This document shows positions 18,568-28,469 of a stretch of 64,000 nucleotides of DNA, in pieces; position 1 is the first letter of the stretch; each line of letters begins with the position of its first letter. The notes under the pieces were generated by a model. The model was not told the DNA's origin, ran no database searches, and saw nothing but the letters and a program-made list of their open reading frames with translations. The DNA is from Candidatus Daviesbacteria bacterium. GTDB taxonomy: Bacteria; Patescibacteriota; Microgenomatia; Daviesbacterales; UBA10151. The position numbers were made by a program, and so were the translations under genes. The stretch is taken from the NCBI GenBank assembly GCA_016187035.1, contig JACPKL010000005.1, positions 135,150 through 199,149 of the forward strand, written 5' to 3'.

Positions 18568-19764
18568 ATGAATTTTTATATCTTTGCAAATGCTGCCTTA
18601 GGTAAAGGCTTGTCCGGAGGAGATAGGATTTTTATAGAGTTTGCCAGAAGATTGAGTAGAGATAAACATGTAGTGATTCAGGTATGGGAAGAAGGATATA
18701 TAATGTGCAAGAGGCAAGGACTAGAAGAAGGTAAAAATTTAGAGTTTGATTTAATAAATGTAAATCCTTGGTGTAAATTAGGTTTTTTAATTTGCTATTT
18801 AACAAGAATCCTGAGTGCACTTTATAAGGCTCTATTTATAAAGCTTGAGAATAATAGTTCAACAGTCATTTATGCTGCTTCAGAATTTTGGATGGATTCT
18901 TTACCCTGCTTTATTCTCAAACTCCGCTACCCAAAGATTAAATGGGTAGCAGGTTGGTTTCAGACAGCCCCAAATCCTCTAAAAGGTTTTTCTGAAGGAG
19001 AAAGGGAAAGGGAAAACGTCTATAGATTATCCGCTTTTTATCATTGGTTTATGCAGCTTCCCATAAAGCCTTTAATCTCAAACATTGCTGATTTAATTTT
19101 AGTTAATAACGATCTCGAAAGAAGGCAGTTTGGCACTACAGATAAAACTCTAGTTATTTTGGGTGCTGTTGATGTAGAAAGGATCAATGAATACCGAGAA
19201 CATCATAAGAAAAATACTTTAATCTATGATGCAGTTTTCCAAGGAAGATTTCATCCCCAAAAAGGGGTGGTGGAGCTAATAAATATTTGGAAGAAGGTGA
19301 GTGAAAAAATACCTGGTGCTAAACTGGCAATGATTGGAAATGGACCATTGATGAATGATGTTATAGATAAAATAAAAGAGATAGGCCTTGAGGACAATGT
19401 TAAACTTTTTGGCTACTTATTTGATGGAGAGGAGAAATATAGAATTTTTTCTCAAAGTAAATTAGTAGTTCATCCAGCATTTTTTGACTCTGGCGGTATG
19501 GCCTCAGCTGAAGCAATGGCTTTTGGTATACCTTGTGTTGGTTTTAACTTGGATTCATATAAATCCTACTATCCTAAGGGTATGGTTAAGGTTACAGCTG
19601 GGGATTTAAATTTGTTTGCCAAAACTATAGTGGAGCTTATAAATAGTAAACGTAAAAGAGAAGAAATTGGTAAAGAAGCGCAAAAGATGATACAAGAAAA
19701 TTGGAGTTGGGATCAAAGGGTCGAGCAATTATTAAAGAGTATTCCCCTCCACACAACCTCTTGA
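18568..19764 (+). CDS. GT-B fold glycosyltransferase (family 4)
   Basis: GRFHPQKGVVELINIWKKV...LAMIGNGPL...FDSGGMASAEAMAFGIPCVGFN is a Glycos_transf_1 layout with an EX7E-type region. I prefer ATG 18568 (MNFYIFANAALGKGLSGGDRIF) to the TTG at 18523 used in the track. Confidence 0.8.
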   Translation: MNFYIFANAALGKGLSGGDRIFIEFARRLSRDKHVVIQVWEEGYIMCKRQGLEEGKNLEFDLINVNPWCKLGFLICYLTRILSALYKALFIKLENNSSTVIYAASEFWMDSLPCFILKLRYPKIKWVAGWFQTAPNPLKGFSEGERERENVYRLSAFYHWFMQLPIKPLISNIADLILVNNDLERRQFGTTDKTLVILGAVDVERINEYREHHKKNTLIYDAVFQGRFHPQKGVVELINIWKKVSEKIPGAKLAMIGNGPLMNDVIDKIKEIGLEDNVKLFGYLFDGEEKYRIFSQSKLVVHPAFFDSGGMASAEAMAFGIPCVGFNLDSYKSYYPKGMVKVTAGDLNLFAKTIVELINSKRKREEIGKEAQKMIQENWSWDQRVEQLLKSIPLHTTS

Positions 19765-19804
19765 CTATAGTTATTTTCCCGTTTAGTATCTACTAATTAA
19801 TACC

Positions 19805-20578
19805 ATGAAAGTTGTTATTCTTTGTGGTGGCATTGGATACAGACTTAAAGAAGAAACAGAATTCAAACCCAAACCTATGGTGTTTATTGGTAATCAACCT
19901 ATTATTTGGCATATCATGAAAATTTACTCCCACTTTGGGTTTAATAAATTTATCATAGCATTAGGATATAAAGGAGATTATATAAAAGAGTATTTCTTAA
20001 ACCAAAAATACTTCACTAATAATTTTACTATTAATACTAAAAGCGGATATACCAAAACACACAGGAATGGAGATAATAAAGATGATTTTGAGATTACCTT
20101 GGTAGAGACAGGTCAAGATACCCTGCCAGGAGAGCGTATTTTAAGAGTAAAAGATTTTATACCTGAAGATGATGAGGATTTTATGGTTACATACGGTGAT
20201 GGCGTCTCAGATGTGGATATTAAAGAGTTAGTTAAATTTCATAAAAAACAAGGTCTTTTGGGAACGGTTACTGGTGTTCATCCAAGAAGTAAATATGGTT
20301 TACTAACAATTAATGAAAACAACATTGTTCAAAGTTTTTCCGAAAAACCAGTCCTTAATGAATGGGTAAATGGAGGATTCATGGTTTTTAATAAGCAATT
20401 TTTTTCATATCTTAAGGCTGGGGAATTTGAACACGAAGCAATTAAAAGATTGATTGAAATCAAACAACTCTCTGTTTTTACTCACAATGGCTTTTGGCAT
20501 TCAATGGATACTTACCCAGACGTGGATAATCTAAATAAGTTATGGCAAGAGGATCCAAAGTGGAAGGTATGGAAATAA
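19805..20578 (+). CDS. rfbF: Glucose-1-phosphate cytidylyltransferase
   Basis: MKVVILCGGIGYRLKEETEFKPKPMVFIGNQPIIWHIMKIYSHFGFNKFIIALGYKGDYIKEYF aligns almost residue for residue with Salmonella RfbF. FWHSMDT lies near the C-terminus. Confidence 0.9.
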   Translation: MKVVILCGGIGYRLKEETEFKPKPMVFIGNQPIIWHIMKIYSHFGFNKFIIALGYKGDYIKEYFLNQKYFTNNFTINTKSGYTKTHRNGDNKDDFEITLVETGQDTLPGERILRVKDFIPEDDEDFMVTYGDGVSDVDIKELVKFHKKQGLLGTVTGVHPRSKYGLLTINENNIVQSFSEKPVLNEWVNGGFMVFNKQFFSYLKAGEFEHEAIKRLIEIKQLSVFTHNGFWHSMDTYPDVDNLNKLWQEDPKWKVWK

Positions 20579-21669
20579 TGGATGGGAATAAAGATGCAAT
20601 CGAAAAAGGAGATTTAGGATATATTCATAACAAAGCTTCCGAAGAATTCAAAATTCTGAGCGGGAGTACAATTCTTTTTACAGGAGTTAATGGTTTTTTA
20701 GGATATTATTTTGTCAAATCTATTCTTGCTTGGAATAATATTTACCCGGCTAAAAAAATTATCGTATATGCACTGGATACTTTTAAAGCAAGAATACCAA
20801 AGTGGCTACAAAAAAGGGATGATGTAAAGATTCTTAAAAAAGATATAATAAAATACAAGCCATCCTCGGGTATAAGTTTTGACTATATTATCCACGCAGC
20901 CTCTATTGCCTCTCCAATTTTTTATCGTAAATATCCAGTAGAAACAATAAATGCCAATGTCATAGGTCTTTATAACATCTTATCCTATATGGTTAAGAAA
21001 CAAAAAACTATCAGAAAAGTTAAAGGATTATTATTTTTTTCATCTAGTGAAATATATGGAGATCCTACAGAAGGTAATATTCCGACTCCTGAAACTTATC
21101 GGGGAAACGTTTCCTGTGTCGGACCCAGAGCTTGCTATGATGAGTCAAAAAGATTTTGTGAAACGTTATGTGTTAATTATTCCAAAGTTTATAATCTTCC
21201 CATAAAAACAGCCAGGCCTTTTAATAATTTCGGACCGGGTTTAAAGATTACTGACGGTAGAGTTATTCCAGACTTTGCCAATGATATACTGCAAAATAAA
21301 GATATTACTCTGTTTTCTCAAGGATCACCTACCCGTACCTTCTGTTATATTACCGATGCTGTAGTAGGCTATATAAAGATCCTTATTAAAGGTAGGTGGG
21401 GTGAAGCATATAATATCGGCGTTGAAAGGGAGGAAATATCAATGATTGATTTAGCAGAAAAAATGAAAAATATAGCTATAAGGCACTTTGGATACTCAGG
21501 AAAGATAATAAGAAAAAAAAGTAAGGATCAGGAATATTTAACAGATAGTCCAAATCGTCGGTGTCCGCAAATAACCAAAGCAAAAAAAGAATTAGGGTAT
21601 GATCCACAAATAACATTGGATGAAGGATTAACTAATACACTGATTTGGTATGGGGAAAATATACGATGA
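20578..21669 (+). CDS. UDP-glucuronate decarboxylase (UXS/ArnA-decarboxylase)-like extended SDR
   Basis: SSSEIYGDP...GPRACYDESKRFCETLCVNY...ARPFNNFGPG...DGRVIPDF matches the UXS signature (STSEVYGDP...GPRACYDEGKRVAETMCYAY...ARIFNTFGP...DGRVVSNF). The preferred start is the ATG at 20578, which overlaps the rfbF stop (TAATG). Confidence 0.7.
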   Translation: MDGNKDAIEKGDLGYIHNKASEEFKILSGSTILFTGVNGFLGYYFVKSILAWNNIYPAKKIIVYALDTFKARIPKWLQKRDDVKILKKDIIKYKPSSGISFDYIIHAASIASPIFYRKYPVETINANVIGLYNILSYMVKKQKTIRKVKGLLFFSSSEIYGDPTEGNIPTPETYRGNVSCVGPRACYDESKRFCETLCVNYSKVYNLPIKTARPFNNFGPGLKITDGRVIPDFANDILQNKDITLFSQGSPTRTFCYITDAVVGYIKILIKGRWGEAYNIGVEREEISMIDLAEKMKNIAIRHFGYSGKIIRKKSKDQEYLTDSPNRRCPQITKAKKELGYDPQITLDEGLTNTLIWYGENIR

Positions 21670-23021
21670 AAATATCAATTGTAGGTACAGGTTATGTAGG
21701 TTTAATTACAGGATTATCTCTGGCGCTTTTAGGCCATCAGGTTATTTGTGTTGATAGTGACCAAAACAAAATTTCCAAAATAAATAATGGTTACTCCCCT
21801 TTCTATGAACCGGGGATGGATAAACTTCTTAAAAAAGAAGTAGCTAAAAAATTCCTTCAAGCAACAAATAATCTAGAAAGATCTATTTTGGAGTCCTCTG
21901 TAACTATTATTGCTGTGGGTACTCCCACAATTAAAAATAAAATTGATTTATCTTATATAAAAGTTGCTGCCAGACAAATAGGCGAGGCATTAGCTAAAAG
22001 TAAGAAATATCATGTAGTTGCGGTTAAGTCTACAGTTTTACCCGGAGTTACAGAAAGATTAGTTAAACCAATATTAGAAAAATATTCCAAAAAGAAGGTT
22101 GGCAACAATTTTGGAATATGCATGAACCCAGAATTTTTGAGAGAGGGATGTGCAATAGAAGATGCATTACATCCAGATAGAATTGTAATTGGTCAAATTG
22201 ACGAAAAAAGCGGGAAAGAATTTGCCAAGATCTATAAGAAAGTTTCCGCTCCAAAAATATTTACTAATCTTTGGACGGCTGAAATGACAAAGTACTCTGC
22301 TAATGCATTACTGGCTACACTAATCAGTTTTTCAAATGAAATTGCCAGAATAGCAGAACAGACCGGTAAAGTTGATATTGTTGATGTTTGGCAGGGAGTA
22401 CACTTAGACAGAAGACTCAGTCCATATTATGGTAATAAGAGAATCAAACCCGGAATACTGAATTATATTTTTTCCGGATGCGGCTATGGAGGCAGTTGTT
22501 TCCCTAAAGATATCCAGGCGCTAGCCACTTTTGCAAAGGAATTGGGAAATCCCGCTCCTTTGCTTAATTCAGTTATCAATATCAATAAAACCCAGCCGCA
22601 CAGACTAGTTTTACTGCTAAAAAAAGCGCTGGGGGAGAACTTGAAGCAGAAAAAAATTGCTGTTTTAGGCCTTGCCTTTAAGCCTAATACTGACGATGTC
22701 CGTCAGTCACCGGCATTTCCGATTATTAGTCAACTGATTTCTCAGGGAGCTAAAGCCATTGTTCATGATCCAATGGCTTATCAGAAAACAATACCGGAGC
22801 AACTAAATAATCCATCCGTAATACTAGCCAAGAGCACTGAGGAAGCAATCAAAAATGCCGATGCGGTTATTCTGGTCACCGCCTGGAAGGAATACCTCAA
22901 ATTGTCCCCCCATTTCTTTAAGAAAAGTATGAAACTTCCTATTGTGATTGATGGAAGGAGAGTCTACGATAAAGCCTCTTTCTTGCAAGCCGGAATCTTA
23001 TATAAAGGAGTAGGATTATGA
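21666..23021 (+). CDS. UDP-glucose/GDP-mannose dehydrogenase family, canonical (UDP-glucose 6-dehydrogenase-like)
   Basis: MKISIVGTGYVGL Rossmann loop, GYGGSCFPKD catalytic-Cys motif and LGLAFKPNTDDVRQS. The ATG at 21666 overlaps the upstream stop (ATGA). Confidence 0.8.
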   Translation: MKISIVGTGYVGLITGLSLALLGHQVICVDSDQNKISKINNGYSPFYEPGMDKLLKKEVAKKFLQATNNLERSILESSVTIIAVGTPTIKNKIDLSYIKVAARQIGEALAKSKKYHVVAVKSTVLPGVTERLVKPILEKYSKKKVGNNFGICMNPEFLREGCAIEDALHPDRIVIGQIDEKSGKEFAKIYKKVSAPKIFTNLWTAEMTKYSANALLATLISFSNEIARIAEQTGKVDIVDVWQGVHLDRRLSPYYGNKRIKPGILNYIFSGCGYGGSCFPKDIQALATFAKELGNPAPLLNSVININKTQPHRLVLLLKKALGENLKQKKIAVLGLAFKPNTDDVRQSPAFPIISQLISQGAKAIVHDPMAYQKTIPEQLNNPSVILAKSTEEAIKNADAVILVTAWKEYLKLSPHFFKKSMKLPIVIDGRRVYDKASFLQAGILYKGVGL

Positions 23022-24292
23022 ATTATCCTAAACATCATCTAGTAAAAACAGGGTATATCGTCTGTTGTCAAGTATGTGATTCTCGTAAACTTCATATTAT
23101 TCTTGACTTAGGATACCAGCCGTTATGCGACAGTTTGCTAACCAAGGAGAAGCTCAATGAGCCGGAGAAAACCTATCCTCTAAGGATGATGTGGTGTGAG
23201 AATTGCACTCTGGTTCAAATTGATTACTGTGTTTCAGGAGAAGAAGTTTATCACCCGGATTATCCTTACAGAAGCGGGATCACTAAAGAGCTGGCACAGT
23301 ATCAAGAAAGCATGGCCTCATCTTTGGTTAAGGAGTTTAATCTGCAACAAAATGATTTGGTAATAGATGTTGGCTCAAATGACGGCACCCTTCTAAAGGG
23401 ATTCAAAAAGCTGGGAATTAACGTGTTAGGGATAGAACCAACTAATATTGCTAAGATTGCGAATAAAAGTGGAATAAGAACAGTTCAAGCCTTCTTTGAT
23501 ATCAAAACTGCAAAAGAAATTAAGAAAAAATATGGAAACGCTTCTTTAATTATTACAACCAATACATTTGCCCATATGCAAACATTAGGAGAATTTATCA
23601 TGGGAGCATATTACTTATTAAAAGATGAAGGGGTGTTTGTTAACGAGACTCATTACTTATTAGATGTTATAAAAGGGGGGCAATTTGACACCATTTATCA
23701 TGAACACTTAAGAACTTATTCATTAAAATCCCTTATAGCTTTATTTGGCCAATATGATTTTACTGTCACAGATGTTGCAAGAGGGGATAGATATGGAGGG
23801 AATATCCGTGTATATGCAACAAAAGGAAAGGGTAAAAAAGTGAGTCCGCAGGTGAGTAAGTTATTAAGATTAGAGAAAGGATTTGGATTAGACAAACTTG
23901 AAACCTTTAAAAAATTTGCCACTCGTGTTAAAAAAGCCCGGCTGGAGTTTATGGACTTTCTAATTAAAACTAAAATGACTGGTAAAAGTATTGTGGGAAA
24001 CTCCTGTCCTGGCAGGTGTTCAACGCTTTTAAATTATTACGGCGTAGATTCTGAGTTGTTGCCCTATTTGGCTGAACAACCCACCTCCTTAAAATTAAAT
24101 ATGTATTTACCTGGTAAACATATACCTGTTGTAAATAATCAAAGGCTAATTGACGAGCAACCAGATTATGTAGTTATTTTAGCCTGGCATTATGCCAAAC
24201 CTATTATGGAACAATTAAAGATAAGAGGTTTAAAATCAGATTTTGTCATTCCCCTACCGGACTTTAAAATAGTCAAAAACTTAAAGGTGTGA
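23018..24292 (+). CDS. NDP-hexose C-methyltransferase (TylC3-type; zinc-ribbon N-domain, SAM domain, C-methyltransferase C-domain)
   Basis: CQVCDSRKL...LGYQPLCDSLL...MWCENCTLVQI is a Cys4 site. VIDVGSNDGTLL is SAM motif I, followed by FDTIYHEHLRTYSL and a C-terminal ...VVILAWHYAKPIMEQL. The start overlaps the upstream stop (ATGA). Confidence 0.75.
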   Translation: MNYPKHHLVKTGYIVCCQVCDSRKLHIILDLGYQPLCDSLLTKEKLNEPEKTYPLRMMWCENCTLVQIDYCVSGEEVYHPDYPYRSGITKELAQYQESMASSLVKEFNLQQNDLVIDVGSNDGTLLKGFKKLGINVLGIEPTNIAKIANKSGIRTVQAFFDIKTAKEIKKKYGNASLIITTNTFAHMQTLGEFIMGAYYLLKDEGVFVNETHYLLDVIKGGQFDTIYHEHLRTYSLKSLIALFGQYDFTVTDVARGDRYGGNIRVYATKGKGKKVSPQVSKLLRLEKGFGLDKLETFKKFATRVKKARLEFMDFLIKTKMTGKSIVGNSCPGRCSTLLNYYGVDSELLPYLAEQPTSLKLNMYLPGKHIPVVNNQRLIDEQPDYVVILAWHYAKPIMEQLKIRGLKSDFVIPLPDFKIVKNLKV

Positions 24293-24296
24293 GACT

Positions 24297-25238
24297 TTGG
24301 TAAATAAACTGAAAGACATTAAGCCACTAATAATTGGTATTGGGATTGCTGGGAAAAGGCATCTGGAGGCGCAACTTAATTTGGGAATTAAAACAGGGGT
24401 TTACACTACTAATCCTCAAACCTCTCAGTCTTTGAAAAAACAAAAGAATGTAATTGTTTTTAATAATTTACAGGATGGGTTGGATTGGTCTAATTTGGTC
24501 CATGTATGTACACCTGATGATAAGCACACAGAGTTTGTTGCTACAGCACTTAAAAAAGGAAGGGCAGTTCTTTGTGAAAAGTCTTTTACTACTAATTTTC
24601 AAGATGCTCTCAAATTACAAAAGTTGGCTTACAAATATAACTGCCTGCTGGTTGTTGGTCAAAATTATCGTCTTACCCCCACTTTTGCAGAAACCAGAAA
24701 AAGGATTTTAGAAGGACAAATTGGTGCTGTTACCAATATTGAAACAACATACTATCATGATAAAAATGAATATCAACAAAGATACCAGGATAAATATTTC
24801 CTTTATATCGGTGGTTCACACGCTGTTGATCTAGCGTGTTGGGTGATAGGTGAGCAAATAATAAGCATACAAGCAGTTTCAGAAAATGAGCTAAATTATC
24901 AAATATCAGTAAAATTTTCTTCTGGTGTTTTGGCAAATATTAGATTAGATGCTAGTTCTCCTCAGTCCAGAAACGGATCAGATTTAAAAGTTTTTGGTAC
25001 GGAGGGGAAACTAGTAAGTCATAATAAACTAGATAAACTCGTATTTTACGAGAGAGGAAATAGAAAACCTCAATTGAGTAAGTTTCCAAATATCAAAACT
25101 TATACAATAGCATTAGAAGTAAAAATAATTGATGACTATTTGTTGGGTAGAAGAAATTCTTATTGGCCACTACCCAACGTAGACGAAGCTATTAATACTA
25201 TGAAGATATTAGATACTGTTGGAAAAGCCATCTCGTAG
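24297..25238 (+). CDS. Gfo/Idh/MocA-family NAD(P)-dependent oxidoreductase
   Basis: TTG start; PLIIGIGIAGKRHLEA Rossmann loop; VLCEKSFTT (EKP-like motif). Confidence 0.7.
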   Translation: MVNKLKDIKPLIIGIGIAGKRHLEAQLNLGIKTGVYTTNPQTSQSLKKQKNVIVFNNLQDGLDWSNLVHVCTPDDKHTEFVATALKKGRAVLCEKSFTTNFQDALKLQKLAYKYNCLLVVGQNYRLTPTFAETRKRILEGQIGAVTNIETTYYHDKNEYQQRYQDKYFLYIGGSHAVDLACWVIGEQIISIQAVSENELNYQISVKFSSGVLANIRLDASSPQSRNGSDLKVFGTEGKLVSHNKLDKLVFYERGNRKPQLSKFPNIKTYTIALEVKIIDDYLLGRRNSYWPLPNVDEAINTMKILDTVGKAIS

Positions 25239-25257
25239 ATTAACAGCTATAGATAAT

Positions 25258-26196
25258 TTATTTTGGATTAGTTGTAAGATACAAAACTGTTTCTGTAATT
25301 GCCTCCTTGATTGATTTTTTTGGTTTCCATCCTAATCTTTTCAATTTATTTATTGATAATAATACAAATTCATTATCTCCTTTCCAATTACTTTCCTTTC
25401 CAAGCCAAATTTTTTTTACACGATTTAAATTTACAGTTTGTAAAATAGTATTAACAATTTCTGAAACAGTTAATATTTCGGTGTGACCTATATTGTAAAT
25501 ATTAATTTGATCTTTTGATTTCTCAATTATCTTAAACATTGCTTCAATCCCATCGAAAACAGACAAGGAAGATTTTTTGGGTGAGCCGTCAGAGAGAAGT
25601 TTTATTGATTTAGAGTTTTGTTGCAGTTTTTTTAAAACATCGAAAATAATTCCATGAGTGTATCTAGGACCCAAAAATGAAACAAATCTGAAGATATAGG
25701 ATTGGAAATCATAATAAGATGAATAAGCATGAATGTAACTTTCACAAGCAGCTTTTGTTGCTCCATATAAAGATGTTGGATGAAAAGGATAATCTTCTGG
25801 GGTAGGATGTATTGTTGCATCACCATAAACAGAGGAAGTAGAGGAAAAAGCTATCTGTTTAATTTTATTTTTACACATAGCTTCTAAAATATTGTGAGTT
25901 ATTTCCAGATTTTCTTCATGGTCTATAAAACGATTATTAATTCCAGATCTAACATCAGCATGTGCTGCTAAATGGAAAACAAAATCAATATCTTCCATTG
26001 ATGCCATTAAGATTTTTTTATTGGAAAGGTCTGCATCTATTAGTTCAAAGTTCTTTTTTTTAAAATGATCTTGGATAAAAATTTTTCTGCCAGTTGAAAA
26101 GTTGTCATATACACGAACCATATGACTATCTTTTAGTAATTTGTCTACTACATGAGAACCAATAAATCCCGCCCCTCCTGTAACTAAATATCTCAT
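25258..26196 (-). CDS. NAD-dependent nucleotide-sugar epimerase/dehydratase
   Basis: MRYLVTGGAGFIGSHVVDKLL, SSTSSVYGD and SLYGATKAACE (YxxxK). The start overlaps the upstream stop (ATGA on the minus strand). Confidence 0.8.
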   Translation of the reverse strand: MRYLVTGGAGFIGSHVVDKLLKDSHMVRVYDNFSTGRKIFIQDHFKKKNFELIDADLSNKKILMASMEDIDFVFHLAAHADVRSGINNRFIDHEENLEITHNILEAMCKNKIKQIAFSSTSSVYGDATIHPTPEDYPFHPTSLYGATKAACESYIHAYSSYYDFQSYIFRFVSFLGPRYTHGIIFDVLKKLQQNSKSIKLLSDGSPKKSSLSVFDGIEAMFKIIEKSKDQINIYNIGHTEILTVSEIVNTILQTVNLNRVKKIWLGKESNWKGDNEFVLLSINKLKRLGWKPKKSIKEAITETVLYLTTNPK

Positions 26197-27170
26197 ACTA
26201 TATTTTTTTGATATAATTTTTCAATTATACCCAGAACATACATAGCTTCCTTAATACTAGTATTGTTATAGTCTTTCTGTTTAATTTTGTTGAAAAAAAG
26301 ATTATTTTCATCTTTCCAGGAAGTATCTTCATCAGTAAATTCAAATTCTTCTTTATCTGGTGGTCCCATCTCAGGCCTCATCTTATATAAAATCAATTTT
26401 TCTTTACCGTAGCTTCCTCCCAAACCATCGATCTGGATTTTGGCATTTTGTAGCATAATTTCAAAAGAAAAAATATTTTTCCATTCAACACATGTTACAG
26501 ATAAATCAGCAACTTGGTTTTTCTTATTTCGAAGCTGAAAAAAAGCAGCATCTTCCAATTTTGTTTTCCAAAATAGATTGGTAATAAAACCTGTCGCTTG
26601 ATCCATTTCTCCACAAAAAAAGTTTACTAAATCAATTAGATGACAACCTTGATCAATTAATTCCCCTCCTCCAGAAACTTCTTTTTGAAATCGCCATTCC
26701 TTTTCATAGCCTAATCTACCTCCATGTCCATATCTTGCCCGGATAAACAAAATATTCCCAAACCTTTGAGAATCAATTAATTGTTTGGCTTTCTGTATAG
26801 CTGGATGATATCTATGGTTATATCCGTACATTACAACAATAGGATTCCTCTTATAAATTGTATATGTTTCTCTTAGTTGTTTAATATTTATTCCACCAGG
26901 TTTCTCAATTAAAACATGTTTCCCACTAGATATTGCTGAATTTGCAATCCTGGATAAGTTATTGTTTGTAACACTAATAAAGATTGCTTGGATTCTTTTA
27001 TCCTTGACAACTTTTTGCCAGCTCTTTTCAAATATACAATTAAATAGATAAGCAAACTCATTACCTTTTACAAGATCAATATCACAAACAGTTTTTAAAT
27101 TAACGTGCCCAGGAAGGGACTGTGCTCTTTTTTTGCCTATCAAACCTGTTCCAATTATGGCGACATTCAT
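26193..27170 (-). CDS. Gfo/Idh/MocA-family oxidoreductase (WbpB-like context)
   Basis: MNVAIIGTGLIGKKRAQSL, HVLIEKPGG (EKP motif) and GYNHRYHPA. Confidence 0.8.
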   Translation of the reverse strand: MNVAIIGTGLIGKKRAQSLPGHVNLKTVCDIDLVKGNEFAYLFNCIFEKSWQKVVKDKRIQAIFISVTNNNLSRIANSAISSGKHVLIEKPGGINIKQLRETYTIYKRNPIVVMYGYNHRYHPAIQKAKQLIDSQRFGNILFIRARYGHGGRLGYEKEWRFQKEVSGGGELIDQGCHLIDLVNFFCGEMDQATGFITNLFWKTKLEDAAFFQLRNKKNQVADLSVTCVEWKNIFSFEIMLQNAKIQIDGLGGSYGKEKLILYKMRPEMGPPDKEEFEFTDEDTSWKDENNLFFNKIKQKDYNNTSIKEAMYVLGIIEKLYQKNIV

Positions 27171-28469
27171 TTATCCTACCCCCATTCCCAAATATATATA
27201 ACCACTCTCCTTATATAAATTAGCATCTATAAAGTTTTTGGTATCTATTATCACTTTATTTTTCATAAGATAAGATAATTTAGGTATACTTCTTTCTAGA
27301 AATAGGGGCCACTCAGTCATTAAAATTGCCAAATCCAGGTCTTTAAGAAAATCCTCCAAACTGGAGCAAATCGTAATATAAGGATGAGATTTGACATTAG
27401 TTTTAATAGACGGATCAAAAGCTTTTACATTCCCACCTCTTTTTTTGAGCTGAGCAGAAAGTTCTAAAGAAATAGATCGCCGTAAAGTATCGGTATTAGG
27501 CTTATAAGTTAATCCTAATAACCCAATATTTTTTTTCTTGAGTGATGGATAGATAGAATATATTTTATCTATCAGCACCGATAATCTATCCTGGTTAACA
27601 GAATAAACTGTCTCAAGTAATTTAGATTTATATTTTTTATCCTTAGCTATTTTTCTAAGTGATTGAATATCTCTGCCTAGAGTGCCGCCTGCAAAACCTA
27701 AGCCCGGATTAATTGGAGCGTATATACTTACTCTTTTATCAGTTTTCAGGGCCTTTATTACATCTAGCATATTAGCTCCAGTTTTTTCAGATAAATCAGA
27801 TATCTCGCTACTGAAAGAGATACATGTTGCTAAATAGCAATTTAGAGCATGTTTAGCCATCTCAGCGCTTTCCAGGCCCATTGTAATAATTGGGCATTTT
27901 AAAAATGAGAAATCCTTCATAAATTTATTTAAAGCACCTAAGTTATCAGATCCTAAGATAATTCTATCCGGATTCATAAATGACATAAAAGCATTTCCTA
28001 ATCTTAAATTCTCGGGAAAGTAAATAACTTTTGGATTTTCAATCCCCTTTCCCTTCAAAAGGTTTACCAGTTTTCTGGATGTGCCAATGGGAACTTGGCT
28101 GGAAATGACAATTATTGTTTCAGATGAAATATAATGGGTAAGTATTTTGAAGGTTTTACTAATGATCCCTGTCTGTACTATGTCGTGATTGTTTACTGGT
28201 ACGTCGTAAGTTATAAAAATATAAGCTTTATCCTTTATTAAATCTTTTACTTCAAAGCAAAAGGAGATATTAGTGTTGTATTTTTTTAGATATGTTTCAA
28301 GATTCGGTTCAAGAATTGGCAGGATACCTTTTTTAAGATTAGCTACTATTTTTTTATCCTCATCATATCCGAAGACATCAAATTCCGCGCTGGCTAAAGA
28401 TGTAAGATAGGTGCAGCCCAAATGCCAAAGACCTAAAATACCTATGGATAACTTATTCTTTTTTTTCAT
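27171..28469 (-). CDS. UGDH-family nucleotide-sugar dehydrogenase homolog lacking the catalytic Cys and with a degenerate NAD loop
   Basis: The family fold is retained (LGLTYKPNTDTLRRS; 432 aa). However, the active-site motif reads GFAGGTLGRD where the paralogs have GYGGSCFPKD and GFAAGPCLLKD. The Rossmann loop reads ILGLWHLG instead of GxGxxG. Confidence 0.65.
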   Translation of the reverse strand: MKKKNKLSIGILGLWHLGCTYLTSLASAEFDVFGYDEDKKIVANLKKGILPILEPNLETYLKKYNTNISFCFEVKDLIKDKAYIFITYDVPVNNHDIVQTGIISKTFKILTHYISSETIIVISSQVPIGTSRKLVNLLKGKGIENPKVIYFPENLRLGNAFMSFMNPDRIILGSDNLGALNKFMKDFSFLKCPIITMGLESAEMAKHALNCYLATCISFSSEISDLSEKTGANMLDVIKALKTDKRVSIYAPINPGLGFAGGTLGRDIQSLRKIAKDKKYKSKLLETVYSVNQDRLSVLIDKIYSIYPSLKKKNIGLLGLTYKPNTDTLRRSISLELSAQLKKRGGNVKAFDPSIKTNVKSHPYITICSSLEDFLKDLDLAILMTEWPLFLERSIPKLSYLMKNKVIIDTKNFIDANLYKESGYIYLGMGVG

